Positions 1 to 7,033 of a stretch of DNA of 32,000 bases are shown here, in pieces. The DNA is from Patescibacteria group bacterium. GTDB taxonomy: Bacteria; Patescibacteriota; Minisyncoccia; UBA6257; HR35. The stretch's first letter is position 1. Each line of letters begins with the position of its first letter. The notes beneath the pieces are model-generated. The model did no database searches. It saw only the letters and a program-made list of their open reading frames with translations, and had not been told where the DNA came from. Both the position numbers and the translations under genes were made by a program. Where the stretch lies: assembly GCA_030549845.1 (NCBI GenBank), contig JAUQQN010000004.1, positions 10,269 to 42,268 on the forward strand. The letters are read 5' to 3'.

Positions 1-906
1 TATTTTTCTTTTTAAAAATCTTTTGTAGGTAACTTGTAAAATTACTGAACCAGATTCTAAAATAAAAACTGGGGCCAAAAGAGGCAATAAAAGATAAACA
101 CCTTCCAATAAAGAAACTATTGCTATATAGCTTCCTAATGCCATTGATCCTGTATCGCCCATAAAAATTTTTGCTGGATAAATATTAAACCATAAGAAGC
201 ATAATATTGCACCTAAAATCACTACAGAAAGTGCAGTTAAATTATAATGTCCATTTATAAAAGAAATTATAGCTAAAGCTCCTATAATTGATAAAGAAAC
301 TCCTCCTAAAAGTCCGTCTAGACCATCTGTTTCATTGGCAGAAAAAGACACTGCTATCACATAAAAAATTAAAAAAATAAAAAAGATGGCTATATGTAGA
401 TAAATCCTTCCCCAAAATGGAACATATAAATATCTAATGCCTAATTTTGCTGTGAGCCACCAAGCAACAACTAACGAAAACGCAAAGTATATTATTAACT
501 TTTCTTGTATTGAAAGGCCTTTCTTTTTTCTAAAATTTACAATACCCAAAATATCATCTATTAGACCTACTATCCCTCCTAAAATTAAAAAACCTAGAGG
601 AAGAAAAGTTTCTTTTCTATTTAAAAAATTGATCCATTGATAGAAGTCAGGAGTTAAAAAATTAAAAATATAAAGTAAAAGCAAAAGTAATGGCGGGGTT
701 AACCAAAAAATAACTCCTCCCATAGTTAGAGTTCCTGATTTTTTACTATGAAGAGATTGAAATACAGGAGCATTTTCTTTTGCAATTTCTTTTTTTATCT
801 TCAATTTATTTAATAAATGAATGATCAAAGGAAAAATTAAAAAACTCAGTAAAAAACTAAAGATGCCCAATGTAATTATTTTTATTATCAAAAGTTGTAA
901 TTCCAT
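1..906 (-). CDS. mraY: phospho-N-acetylmuramoyl-pentapeptide transferase MraY (C-terminus runs off the window start)
   Basis: Absent from the ORF track because it stays open to the window edge. My minus-strand translation from ATG at 906 reads MELQLLIIKIITLGIFSFLLSFLIFPLIIHLLNKLKIKKEIAKENAPVFQSLHSKKSGTLTMGG. The in-frame motif GDTGSMALGS lies near 130-159. Both are MraY-type motifs, and the profile is multi-TM hydrophobic. Confidence 0.85.
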   Translation of the reverse strand, partial: MELQLLIIKIITLGIFSFLLSFLIFPLIIHLLNKLKIKKEIAKENAPVFQSLHSKKSGTLTMGGVIFWLTPPLLLLLLYIFNFLTPDFYQWINFLNRKETFLPLGFLILGGIVGLIDDILGIVNFRKKKGLSIQEKLIIYFAFSLVVAWWLTAKLGIRYLYVPFWGRIYLHIAIFFIFLIFYVIAVSFSANETDGLDGLLGGVSLSIIGALAIISFINGHYNLTALSVVILGAILCFLWFNIYPAKIFMGDTGSMALGSYIAIVSLLEGVYLLLPLLAPVFILESGSVILQVTYKRFLKRKI

Positions 907-908
907 TT

Positions 909-1781
909 TTATGATTGATTTTTATAAAAATCTTCTAAAACTTTTAATATATACTCCCCATCTCGAAAACGGTCATTTGAATTTAAGAGTCCTATAAATA
1001 TTAATGGCGATTTAGGAAACTTTACTATCATAATCAAACATTGCCCTGCTTCTTCTGTAAAACCGGTTTTGCTCCCTAAAATATTTTCATCATATTTATA
1101 AATTAATTGATTGGTATTATATAAAATCCTGTTAAACTTTCCTTTCAAGGTAAAACTTTTATCTTTAGAAAAAAAGAATATCTCAGGATAATTTGACAAA
1201 ATATACTCACTTAAATAATAAAGATCATTTAAAGAAGAAATATTTTTATTAGAAAGACCAGTCACATCATCAAAATTTGTGTCACTTAAATTTAAGGATT
1301 TAGCAAGATTGTTCATTTTTTTAACAAATTCATTTTCTGAAATCTTTGAAGCAATAAGTAATGCAGATGCATTTGAAGAAGATATCAACATTGATTTTAT
1401 TAAATCATTCCTATTAAATTCTTCCCCTGGCTTAAATTCTATCTGTGCTTCATAAAAATTAAAATTTTTAGGTACTTTAAATTTCTCTTCTTCATCAAAG
1501 GTAGTATAAGTTACTAAAGCAGTCATTATTTTTGTCAGAGAGGCTATTGGTCTTTTTTCTTTTATATTTCTAGAATAAAGAATAGGGCCTTTTATTTCTT
1601 TTATTAAAACATTTTTTGCTGAGATTTTGTTTTCATCAATTTTTAACAAATTGATCTTTTGCAGTTCTTCTTCTTTTATCAAAGGAGTGGTAGTATTATT
1701 TAAATTATTTACAGTTAGAAAAACATTAGAGGGTGTTAATAATTGCTTGATGAATTCAAAAAAAATTAAAAATTCTACCAT
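909..1781 (-). CDS. D-alanyl-D-alanine carboxypeptidase (S11 serine peptidase / low-MW PBP)
   Basis: 290-aa ORF with the three penicillin-binding motifs SLTK (SxxK), SSN within SSSNAS (SxN) and KTG within GSKTGFT. Its stop lies 2 nt before the mraY start. Confidence 0.8.
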   Translation of the reverse strand: MVEFLIFFEFIKQLLTPSNVFLTVNNLNNTTTPLIKEEELQKINLLKIDENKISAKNVLIKEIKGPILYSRNIKEKRPIASLTKIMTALVTYTTFDEEEKFKVPKNFNFYEAQIEFKPGEEFNRNDLIKSMLISSSNASALLIASKISENEFVKKMNNLAKSLNLSDTNFDDVTGLSNKNISSLNDLYYLSEYILSNYPEIFFFSKDKSFTLKGKFNRILYNTNQLIYKYDENILGSKTGFTEEAGQCLIMIVKFPKSPLIFIGLLNSNDRFRDGEYILKVLEDFYKNQS

Positions 1782-1805
1782 TATTAGTATAATTTTAAAT
1801 AAAAT

Positions 1806-2183
1806 ATGAGAAAATTAAAAGATAAAAGTTCAAAAGGTAAACGATTAGAAAAATTTTTTTCTTTAAAGCTAAAAGAGCTTTTCCCCTCAAGTGAAACAGA
1901 AATAAAACCAAGGATAATTAACTTGAGAAAAGATTTTTGGGGTTTATTTGATGGCTTGACTTTTATAAAATCTAAAAGAAAATATATATTCTGGCAAATA
2001 AAAGGTAAAAAACTATCATCCAATGAAATAAAACATTTTTGGAAGCAATCTAAAATTTTTCAGACTGCAGATATTTTAATTCTTTTAATAGAAAAAACTC
2101 ACTCTGGTTGGAAGATTTTTTACAACAATAAAAAATACGTGACCAAAATAGAAGAAATTAAAAATATCTTAAATTTACAGTAG
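1806..2183 (+). CDS. hypothetical protein, possible small PD-(D/E)XK-like nuclease
   Basis: 125-aa ORF filling the gap between convergent neighbours. The residue pattern GKRLEKFF ... LFDGLTF ... IFWQIKGKK resembles the E ... D ... (E/Q)xK layout of Hjc-like nucleases. This rests on motifs only. Confidence 0.5.
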   Translation: MRKLKDKSSKGKRLEKFFSLKLKELFPSSETEIKPRIINLRKDFWGLFDGLTFIKSKRKYIFWQIKGKKLSSNEIKHFWKQSKIFQTADILILLIEKTHSGWKIFYNNKKYVTKIEEIKNILNLQ

Positions 2184-2187
2184 GAAT

Positions 2188-2454
2188 TTATTTATTTTTA
2201 GTTTGTACCTTCAAAGAAATTGCAGCTCCAACTGCTCCTCCTATGCTCTTTAAGATCTGCCTTATAGCATTTACAGTTTGGCCTTTTCTTCCTATCACCA
2301 AAGCTAATACTTCCTTAGGTCCATTTACTTCAACAAGCACTCCTCTTTCATCAATTTTTGCATCAATTTCTAGCTGGTTAACCTTTGATTCATCAATCCA
2401 CAAAGAAAGGAGCCTCTGGAGCCTCTTTTTGATTTCCTCTAATTTTTCGCTCAT
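2188..2454 (-). CDS. khpA: KH-domain RNA-binding protein (KhpA/YlqC, UPF0109 family)
   Basis: 88 aa with the KH GxxG core VIGRKGQTVNAIRQIL. Size and layout are typical of KhpA. Confidence 0.75.
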   Translation of the reverse strand: MSEKLEEIKKRLQRLLSLWIDESKVNQLEIDAKIDERGVLVEVNGPKEVLALVIGRKGQTVNAIRQILKSIGGAVGAAISLKVQTKNK

Positions 2455-2486
2455 TTTTTTATATTCTTAATTTTCGACCAATTACT

Positions 2487-2831
2487 TTAATTCATGAGAT
2501 AAGAAGAGATTTTAACAAAATATTTTTCAAATTGCAAGATCTCACAATAAGATTCTCTGGCTATTTTAAAATCGCTAGAACTATCAGAAAAAATATTAAC
2601 ATAAAAATCTCTCTTGTGTATTTTCTGTTTTAAATTTTGTAATCAGCCTTGCCATTTGTGTATTTTAGCTTTATTTTTAATAAATAAGCAAAATGTTTTA
2701 GGGGTAGTAGCTCTGTGTTGCCTTTTATTATGCTTTTTAAGATCTCTTATACTTTTGTTTTTTTTATTGTCCTGATAATTATTAAAAAAATTTGAAATCA
2801 TATCATAATATTCGTATTGTTTGCTACTCAA
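2487..2831 (-). pseudogene. unknown ORF interrupted by one in-frame TGA (62 codons from a TTG start, TGA, then 51 more open codons)
   Basis: The track ORF 2643..2831 ends at TGA (2645-2643). The same frame continues LQNLKQKIHKRDFYVNIFSDSSSDFKIARESYCEILQFEKYFVKISSYLMN to TAA at 2489-2487. I recognise no family. Confidence 0.3.
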
Positions 2832-3002
2832 AGTCTTAACAATTTTCCTTTAAAAAATATGCCATAAATAAATATTTTTAGGATTGTCAATTTGTAAAAT
2901 TAATTTTTAAATCCAATAAAACGTTTTTGTCTACTAGCTTACACTTCTCATTTTAACGAAATATCTAGTTGATATTTATGGTTAAAATTCATTCTACAAT
3001 TG

Positions 3003-4847
3003 TTACTGAGGGCAAAGTTCAATACTATTAGGAACCGCTTCAGAAATAGAAGGTGATACGAAAGAAATAGACAATGACGGAGAAGCAATGGATAGATCTA
3101 TAGCAGAACTAGATAAAGATATTGATAGTTGACTAGGAAAATAAGAAGAGATAAGATTGCAATTACCGCAATTACCATTAGAATCTAATTTAATAATAAA
3201 AATGTCGCCATTTGTTCCATAACTATAAGTATAACCTGCAATTATATATCCGCCATCTGAAGTTTGATAAAGACCATTGTTATAAGTATTATCATTATTT
3301 GCTCCGCCAATTGTTTTTGCCCATGAAATATTTCCATTGTTGTCTAATTTAATAACAAGAATATCATAACCCCCCGCTCCATAACTAGTGGTTGCTGCAA
3401 GAATGATATAACCCCCATCTGATGTTTGCTGGATGAAATTACCATAATCATCATTTATTCCACCAATTGTTTTTGCCCATGAAATATTCCCTGAAGAATC
3501 TAGTTTGATAATTATAATATCACGATTACCAACCCCGTAGCTAGAGGTATATCCTAAAATGATGTATCCATTATCAAAAGTTTCGTGGATAGAAAAAGAG
3601 GTATCATCACCACTACCACCCATTGTTTTTGCCCAACTAATATCTCCACTTCCGTTAAGTTTAACAACTAAAATATCTCGATTATTTACTATATAAGTAT
3701 GCCCCGTAAGAATATATCCCCCATCTGAAGTTGGCTGTATTGAATATCCATAATCATTATTTGCTCCGCCAATTGTTTTTGCCCATGAAATATTTCCATT
3801 GTTGTCTAATTTAATAACAAGAATATCATAACCCCCTGCTCCATAACTAGCAGTATTTGCTATCAAAATGTATCCACCATCTGAAGTCTGTTTAATAAAA
3901 TTACCGTAATCGCTATTTGTACCACCAATTGCTTTAGCCCACGAAATATTTCCTATAGAGCTTAGCTTTACTATAAATATATCACGAACGCCTGCTCCAA
4001 AACTACGAGTGTATCCTACAGCAATATATCCACCATCTAATGTTTGCTGCCCTGAATAGAAGGAATCATCCATCCCCCCACCTATCGTTTTTGCCCAAGT
4101 AATATTTCCTGAGTAATCTAATTTGATAATAAAAGCATCCCGGCCTCCTGCCCCTTGACTTTGTGTATTGCCTGTAATAATATACCCACCATCAAATGTA
4201 GGTTGCGAAGACCAAGCTTCTTCATAGTATGTCCATCCTATTGCTTTTGCAAATAAATTGATATACAACGGAAGAGTTGGAATTGCAAGCTTTTTATTAC
4301 TTCCTACCTCATATGAATCAGGATCTGTACCTCCATCGTTTGCAGAAATATTTTGATTTGTTTCGAGCTTGGCTATGAATTTATAACCTTCTCCAACAAT
4401 AAGTGCATAGTAATATGGGGGTTTATTAATAGGATCTATAGGCAAAGAGATAAGATTAAAAAGAGAAAGTTGGTTAAAAGGTATAGGGATCCAGCCAGTA
4501 CCGTCTATGTTAGTAGGATTTGGAGAACATCTATAGACCCATCCCGGAGGTAACTGCGGCAATTTATCACTCCAATTCTCACAAGTAGAAGCACTATCTG
4601 GTAACGAAATGTATACTGTACCAGAAGAAATATAATTTAATTCTTTAAATTTAGGATCTTCTATTTTTAGTAATTTCAAGGTTTTTTCTAGGTTATCTAA
4701 ATGAGAAATTCTTAAAGTATCTCTTGCATTTGGAAACATTTGTGTTGATTTTGTTAGCGTTAGTACTAAAGTTAACATCCAAAGGATTATTATTAATCCT
4801 ATTATAAACTCTAGAAAAGTGAAAGCAAAGTGTTTTACAATCTGCAT
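3003..4847 (-). CDS. type IV prepilin-like N-terminus fused to a 7-bladed beta-propeller repeat domain (surface or pilus-associated protein)
   Basis: The start is trimmed to ATG 4847 (MQIVKHFAFTFLEFIIGLIIILW) because the track start at 4880 runs into tRNA-His. A FTFLE motif with Glu at +5 followed by a hydrophobic helix gives a class III signal. A Cys pair follows (TCENW...YRC). Seven repeats then follow, of the form SDGGYI..G.T.S.G.G..D...IKLD..GNISWAKT.GG. The tail is Ser/Leu/Ile-rich. Confidence 0.8.
   Translation of the reverse strand: MQIVKHFAFTFLEFIIGLIIILWMLTLVLTLTKSTQMFPNARDTLRISHLDNLEKTLKLLKIEDPKFKELNYISSGTVYISLPDSASTCENWSDKLPQLPPGWVYRCSPNPTNIDGTGWIPIPFNQLSLFNLISLPIDPINKPPYYYALIVGEGYKFIAKLETNQNISANDGGTDPDSYEVGSNKKLAIPTLPLYINLFAKAIGWTYYEEAWSSQPTFDGGYIITGNTQSQGAGGRDAFIIKLDYSGNITWAKTIGGGMDDSFYSGQQTLDGGYIAVGYTRSFGAGVRDIFIVKLSSIGNISWAKAIGGTNSDYGNFIKQTSDGGYILIANTASYGAGGYDILVIKLDNNGNISWAKTIGGANNDYGYSIQPTSDGGYILTGHTYIVNNRDILVVKLNGSGDISWAKTMGGSGDDTSFSIHETFDNGYIILGYTSSYGVGNRDIIIIKLDSSGNISWAKTIGGINDDYGNFIQQTSDGGYIILAATTSYGAGGYDILVIKLDNNGNISWAKTIGGANNDNTYNNGLYQTSDGGYIIAGYTYSYGTNGDIFIIKLDSNGNCGNCNLISSYFPSQLSISLSSSAIDLSIASPSLSISFVSPSISEAVPNSIELCPQ
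3291..3388 (-). repeat. 98-nt near-identical direct repeat, copy A (partner at 3753-3850)
   Basis: The sequence atcattatttgctccgccaattgtttttgcccatgaaatatttccattgttgtctaatttaataacaagaatatcataacccc[c/t]gctccataactag is shared. By my alignment there is 1 mismatch, and the offset is 462 nt. Confidence 0.9.
3753..3850 (-). repeat. 98-nt near-identical direct repeat, copy B (partner at 3291-3388)
   Basis: Same alignment as copy A. Both copies encode YGAGGYDILVIKLDNNGNISWAKTIGGANND. Confidence 0.9.
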
Positions 4848-4853
4848 AATTTT

Positions 4854-4928
4854 GGTGGGCGACGGGGCTCGAACCCGCAACCTGAGGCTCCACAGGCCTC
4901 CGCTCTAACCAATTGAGCTACGCCCACC
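4854..4928 (-). tRNA. tRNA-His (anticodon GTG)
   Basis: A cloverleaf folds by hand. Acceptor is GTGGGCG/CGCCCAC with an extra G-1 opposite C73, a His hallmark. The anticodon loop is CTGTGGA and the T-loop is TTCGAGC. No CCA is encoded. Confidence 0.9.
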
Positions 4929-4931
4929 GTT

Positions 4932-5004
4932 TGCCCCCGGCAGGATTCGAACCTGCAACCTTGGGCTTAAGAGGCCCCTGCTCTGCCAATTGAGCTACGG
5001 GGGC
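4932..5004 (-). tRNA. tRNA-Lys (anticodon CTT)
   Basis: Acceptor GCCCCCG/CGGGGGC, anticodon loop CTCTTAA, T-arm GCAGG TTCGAAT CCTGC. No CCA is encoded. Confidence 0.9.
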
Positions 5005-5022
5005 TTCATTAAAAATTATAAA

Positions 5023-5271
5023 TTAAATCCCGGGGGAGGAAACAATTAAATAATATTTCTCTTTTATTAAATCTGCTTCATCTAAAATAGGCTCTATTGA
5101 TCTAGAAACAATTTCACAGTCCCTTAGGCTTATTCTGTCATCTTCTTTATCGATAAATAAAGTAAGTGTTTTTGTGCCCCATTCTCTTTTTATTTCAACC
5201 TTTAATAACTTATAGCCTAATTCTTCTATTTTATCTTTTAAGAGTTTTTCAATTTTTTCTTCTAATCTCAT
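5023..5271 (-). CDS. rimP: ribosome maturation factor RimP, N-terminal domain only
   Basis: 82 aa. The segment ISLRDCEIVSRSIEPILDEADLIKEKYYLIVSSPGI matches the RimP N-domain up to the conserved SSPG motif. The ORF then stops 18 nt before tRNA-Lys. Confidence 0.7.
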   Translation of the reverse strand: MRLEEKIEKLLKDKIEELGYKLLKVEIKREWGTKTLTLFIDKEDDRISLRDCEIVSRSIEPILDEADLIKEKYYLIVSSPGI

Positions 5272-5579
5272 TTAAATTGTATTGTTTCAATTAAAACTTC
5301 ATCGAAATAATTTTTATAGCCCTTTTTCTTTCTGTAGCGAGTTTTTGGTTTGAATTTGATTATCAAAATTTTCTTTTTTATGTGCCTCAAAATTTTTCCT
5401 ACAATCTTTGCATTCTCAATATAAGGATTTCCTATATATGTTTTACCGTCATCATTGATCAGTAAAACTTTATCAAAAATAATTTCTTCACCTACTTCTT
5501 TTTTTGATCTATTGATAATTATCTTATCCCCTTCTTTAACTAAATATTGTTTTCCTGAAACTTCTATAACTGCTAACAT
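5268..5579 (-). CDS. rplU: 50S ribosomal protein L21
   Basis: The N-terminus MLAVIEVSGKQYLVKEGDKI is typical of bL21, and the length is 103 aa. Confidence 0.9.
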   Translation of the reverse strand: MLAVIEVSGKQYLVKEGDKIIINRSKKEVGEEIIFDKVLLINDDGKTYIGNPYIENAKIVGKILRHIKKKILIIKFKPKTRYRKKKGYKNYFDEVLIETIQFK

Positions 5580-5581
5580 TT

Positions 5582-5893
5582 TTAAAAATTGATAAAAAAA
5601 ATATAAATTTCCGTCAACGCCCCTATAAAGAAGACTAAAAAATTTAATTTATTTATTTCTGACTCTTTAACCCCTAAGAATTTCAAAGTAATATTATAAA
5701 GGATAACAAATGAAAAAGCAATAGGAAGAATAAAAATGCTTTCTCTAGGAAAAAGGAGAATGCTTTCTGGATAAGGGTGATAAATAACAACAATTTGAGG
5801 TTCTTTTATTACATAAAAAATGAAAACAGCGACAATCCATAAAATTGCAATTAATAAAAAGTTAAAAATAAAATTATCCATTTTTTCAATCAT
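5582..5893 (-). CDS. small integral membrane protein, unknown function
   Basis: 103 aa with about 3 hydrophobic helices. It overlaps the murG stop by 4 nt, which suggests co-translation. Confidence 0.5.
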   Translation of the reverse strand: MIEKMDNFIFNFLLIAILWIVAVFIFYVIKEPQIVVIYHPYPESILLFPRESIFILPIAFSFVILYNITLKFLGVKESEINKLNFLVFFIGALTEIYIFFINF

Positions 5894-7032
5894 TCCTCTA
5901 AGAAAAATAACATTAATTCCCTTGCTAATATTTCTGTTGCTTCTTTTTTAGCAAATTCTTCTGCATATTTAGCCATCCTTTCTAATAACTCTTTATCGTT
6001 TAAAATTCTTGTTACCACTGAACTAAAAATTGAAGGAGTAAAATTTCTTTCTTCAATTACAACTGCAGCTCCAGTATTTGAATATTCATATGCATTTTCT
6101 ATTTGATGCCTTCCTACTACATTTTCAGGAATGGGAATTAAAATAGATGGTTTTCCTGCTGCTGCAATTTCAAAAATAGCTCCTGCTCCAGCTCTCGAAA
6201 TTATTAACGTTGCCATTTTCATTAGCTTTATCAACTCCTCTTGTTCAACAAAATCTAAAGGATGATATAAATGTTTTCTTACAGGTACATTTTCTAAAAT
6301 AAAGCCCTCTGCTACTTTTTTGTCTTCTTTATAAAGTTTTGGACCTAAAATGTGAATAATTTGAGCAATTTTTAATAATTTATCTAAAGAAAGAATAACA
6401 ACTTCATTAATTTTTGCAGATCCTTGAGAGCCTCCTAATACCAAAATGGTTGGTAAATTTTTATCTAATTTATATCTTTCATAATCTTTATCTGTTGGAA
6501 TAATCTTTTCAAAATCTGGATGAAGTGGTTGCCCTATTATAGCTGTCTTTTTAGGGTTGAAATATTTTTTTGCTTTTTGGAAATTTAAAGCTATTTTTGT
6601 TGCAAATTTTCCTGCTATTCTGTTACTCAATCCTGGAATTGAATCAGATTCATGAATTATTACAGGGATTCTCAAAATCCAAGCTGCTAAAACTACTTCT
6701 AAAGAACCATACCCACCTTTTGAAAAAACTACATTTGGCATTTTTAAAAATAAAACCCATAAAGATTTTAAAAACCCAAATGGGAATTTAAAAATATCAA
6801 TAAAGTTTCGTATATCAAAATATCTCCTAAGTTTGGCTGAAGGTATTGTAATAATATTTATTCCTTCCTTAACCAAAGATTCTCTATTAAATGGTTCTGC
6901 CCCTAAATAAAAGATTTCATAATCCCAACCCTTTAAAGATATTTCTTTTTTTAAAAATTTAGCCACATTAATTAACGGAAAAAGATGGCCGCCTGTACCT
7001 CCTCCTGTAAGACAAATGATTATTTTTTCCAT
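5890..7032 (-). CDS. murG: UDP-N-acetylglucosamine--N-acetylmuramyl-(pentapeptide) pyrophosphoryl-undecaprenol GlcNAc transferase MurG
   Basis: N-terminal TGGGTGGHLFP motif, GT28 architecture, 380 aa, adjacent to ftsW. Confidence 0.9.
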   Translation of the reverse strand: MEKIIICLTGGGTGGHLFPLINVAKFLKKEISLKGWDYEIFYLGAEPFNRESLVKEGINIITIPSAKLRRYFDIRNFIDIFKFPFGFLKSLWVLFLKMPNVVFSKGGYGSLEVVLAAWILRIPVIIHESDSIPGLSNRIAGKFATKIALNFQKAKKYFNPKKTAIIGQPLHPDFEKIIPTDKDYERYKLDKNLPTILVLGGSQGSAKINEVVILSLDKLLKIAQIIHILGPKLYKEDKKVAEGFILENVPVRKHLYHPLDFVEQEELIKLMKMATLIISRAGAGAIFEIAAAGKPSILIPIPENVVGRHQIENAYEYSNTGAAVVIEERNFTPSIFSSVVTRILNDKELLERMAKYAEEFAKKEATEILARELMLFFLEE

Positions 7033-7033
7033 A

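Larger units (their letters stand above)
3171..4247 (-). repeat. seven tandem coding repeats (about 47-51 aa each) forming the propeller domain
   Basis: The DGGY/DNGY core occurs 7 times in the translated protein. The DNA motif ttgtttttgcccatgaaata (and variants) recurs at about 3311, 3466, 3620, 3771 and 4086. Confidence 0.85.

Noticed and set aside
437-640. 67-aa plus-strand ORF from the track
   Set aside because: It lies entirely antisense within mraY, whose minus-strand translation carries clear MraY motifs. Its composition is low-complexity and driven by AT-rich sequence.
1627-2023. Track ORFs 1627..1809 (+) and 1784..2023 (-)
   Set aside because: The first is antisense to the carboxypeptidase 5' end. 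The second is antisense to the 125-aa plus-strand ORF that fills the gap better. Neither has a motif.
2243-2470. 75-aa plus-strand ORF
   Set aside because: It is antisense to the KH-domain gene, which has a clear GxxG KH core.
2643-2645. UGA reassignment (code 25 or 4) as the explanation for the in-frame TGA
   Set aside because: Long conserved genes in the window (uvrB, thrS, lepA and others) are uninterrupted under the standard code. Several genes appear to terminate at TGA.
3171-4247. Regularly spaced DNA repeats as a possible CRISPR array
   Set aside because: The repeats are in-frame coding repeats of a propeller protein. The period is about 150 nt with diverged units, there is no repeat-spacer architecture, and no cas genes are present.
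4353-4553. 66-aa plus-strand ORF inside the propeller gene
   Set aside because: It is antisense to a well-supported repeat-containing CDS.
4848-4880. N-terminal extension (MRVRAPSPTKI) of the pilin-like ORF
   Set aside because: The TTG start and the first 11 codons lie within tRNA-His. ATG 4847 directly precedes the prepilin-like motif.
4693-4893. 66-aa minus-strand ORF overlapping tRNA-His
   Set aside because: It reads through the tRNA-His gene in an alternative frame of the pilin-like gene 5' end, so it is an artefact of ORF calling.
6570-6791. 73-aa plus-strand ORF
   Set aside because: It is antisense within murG.
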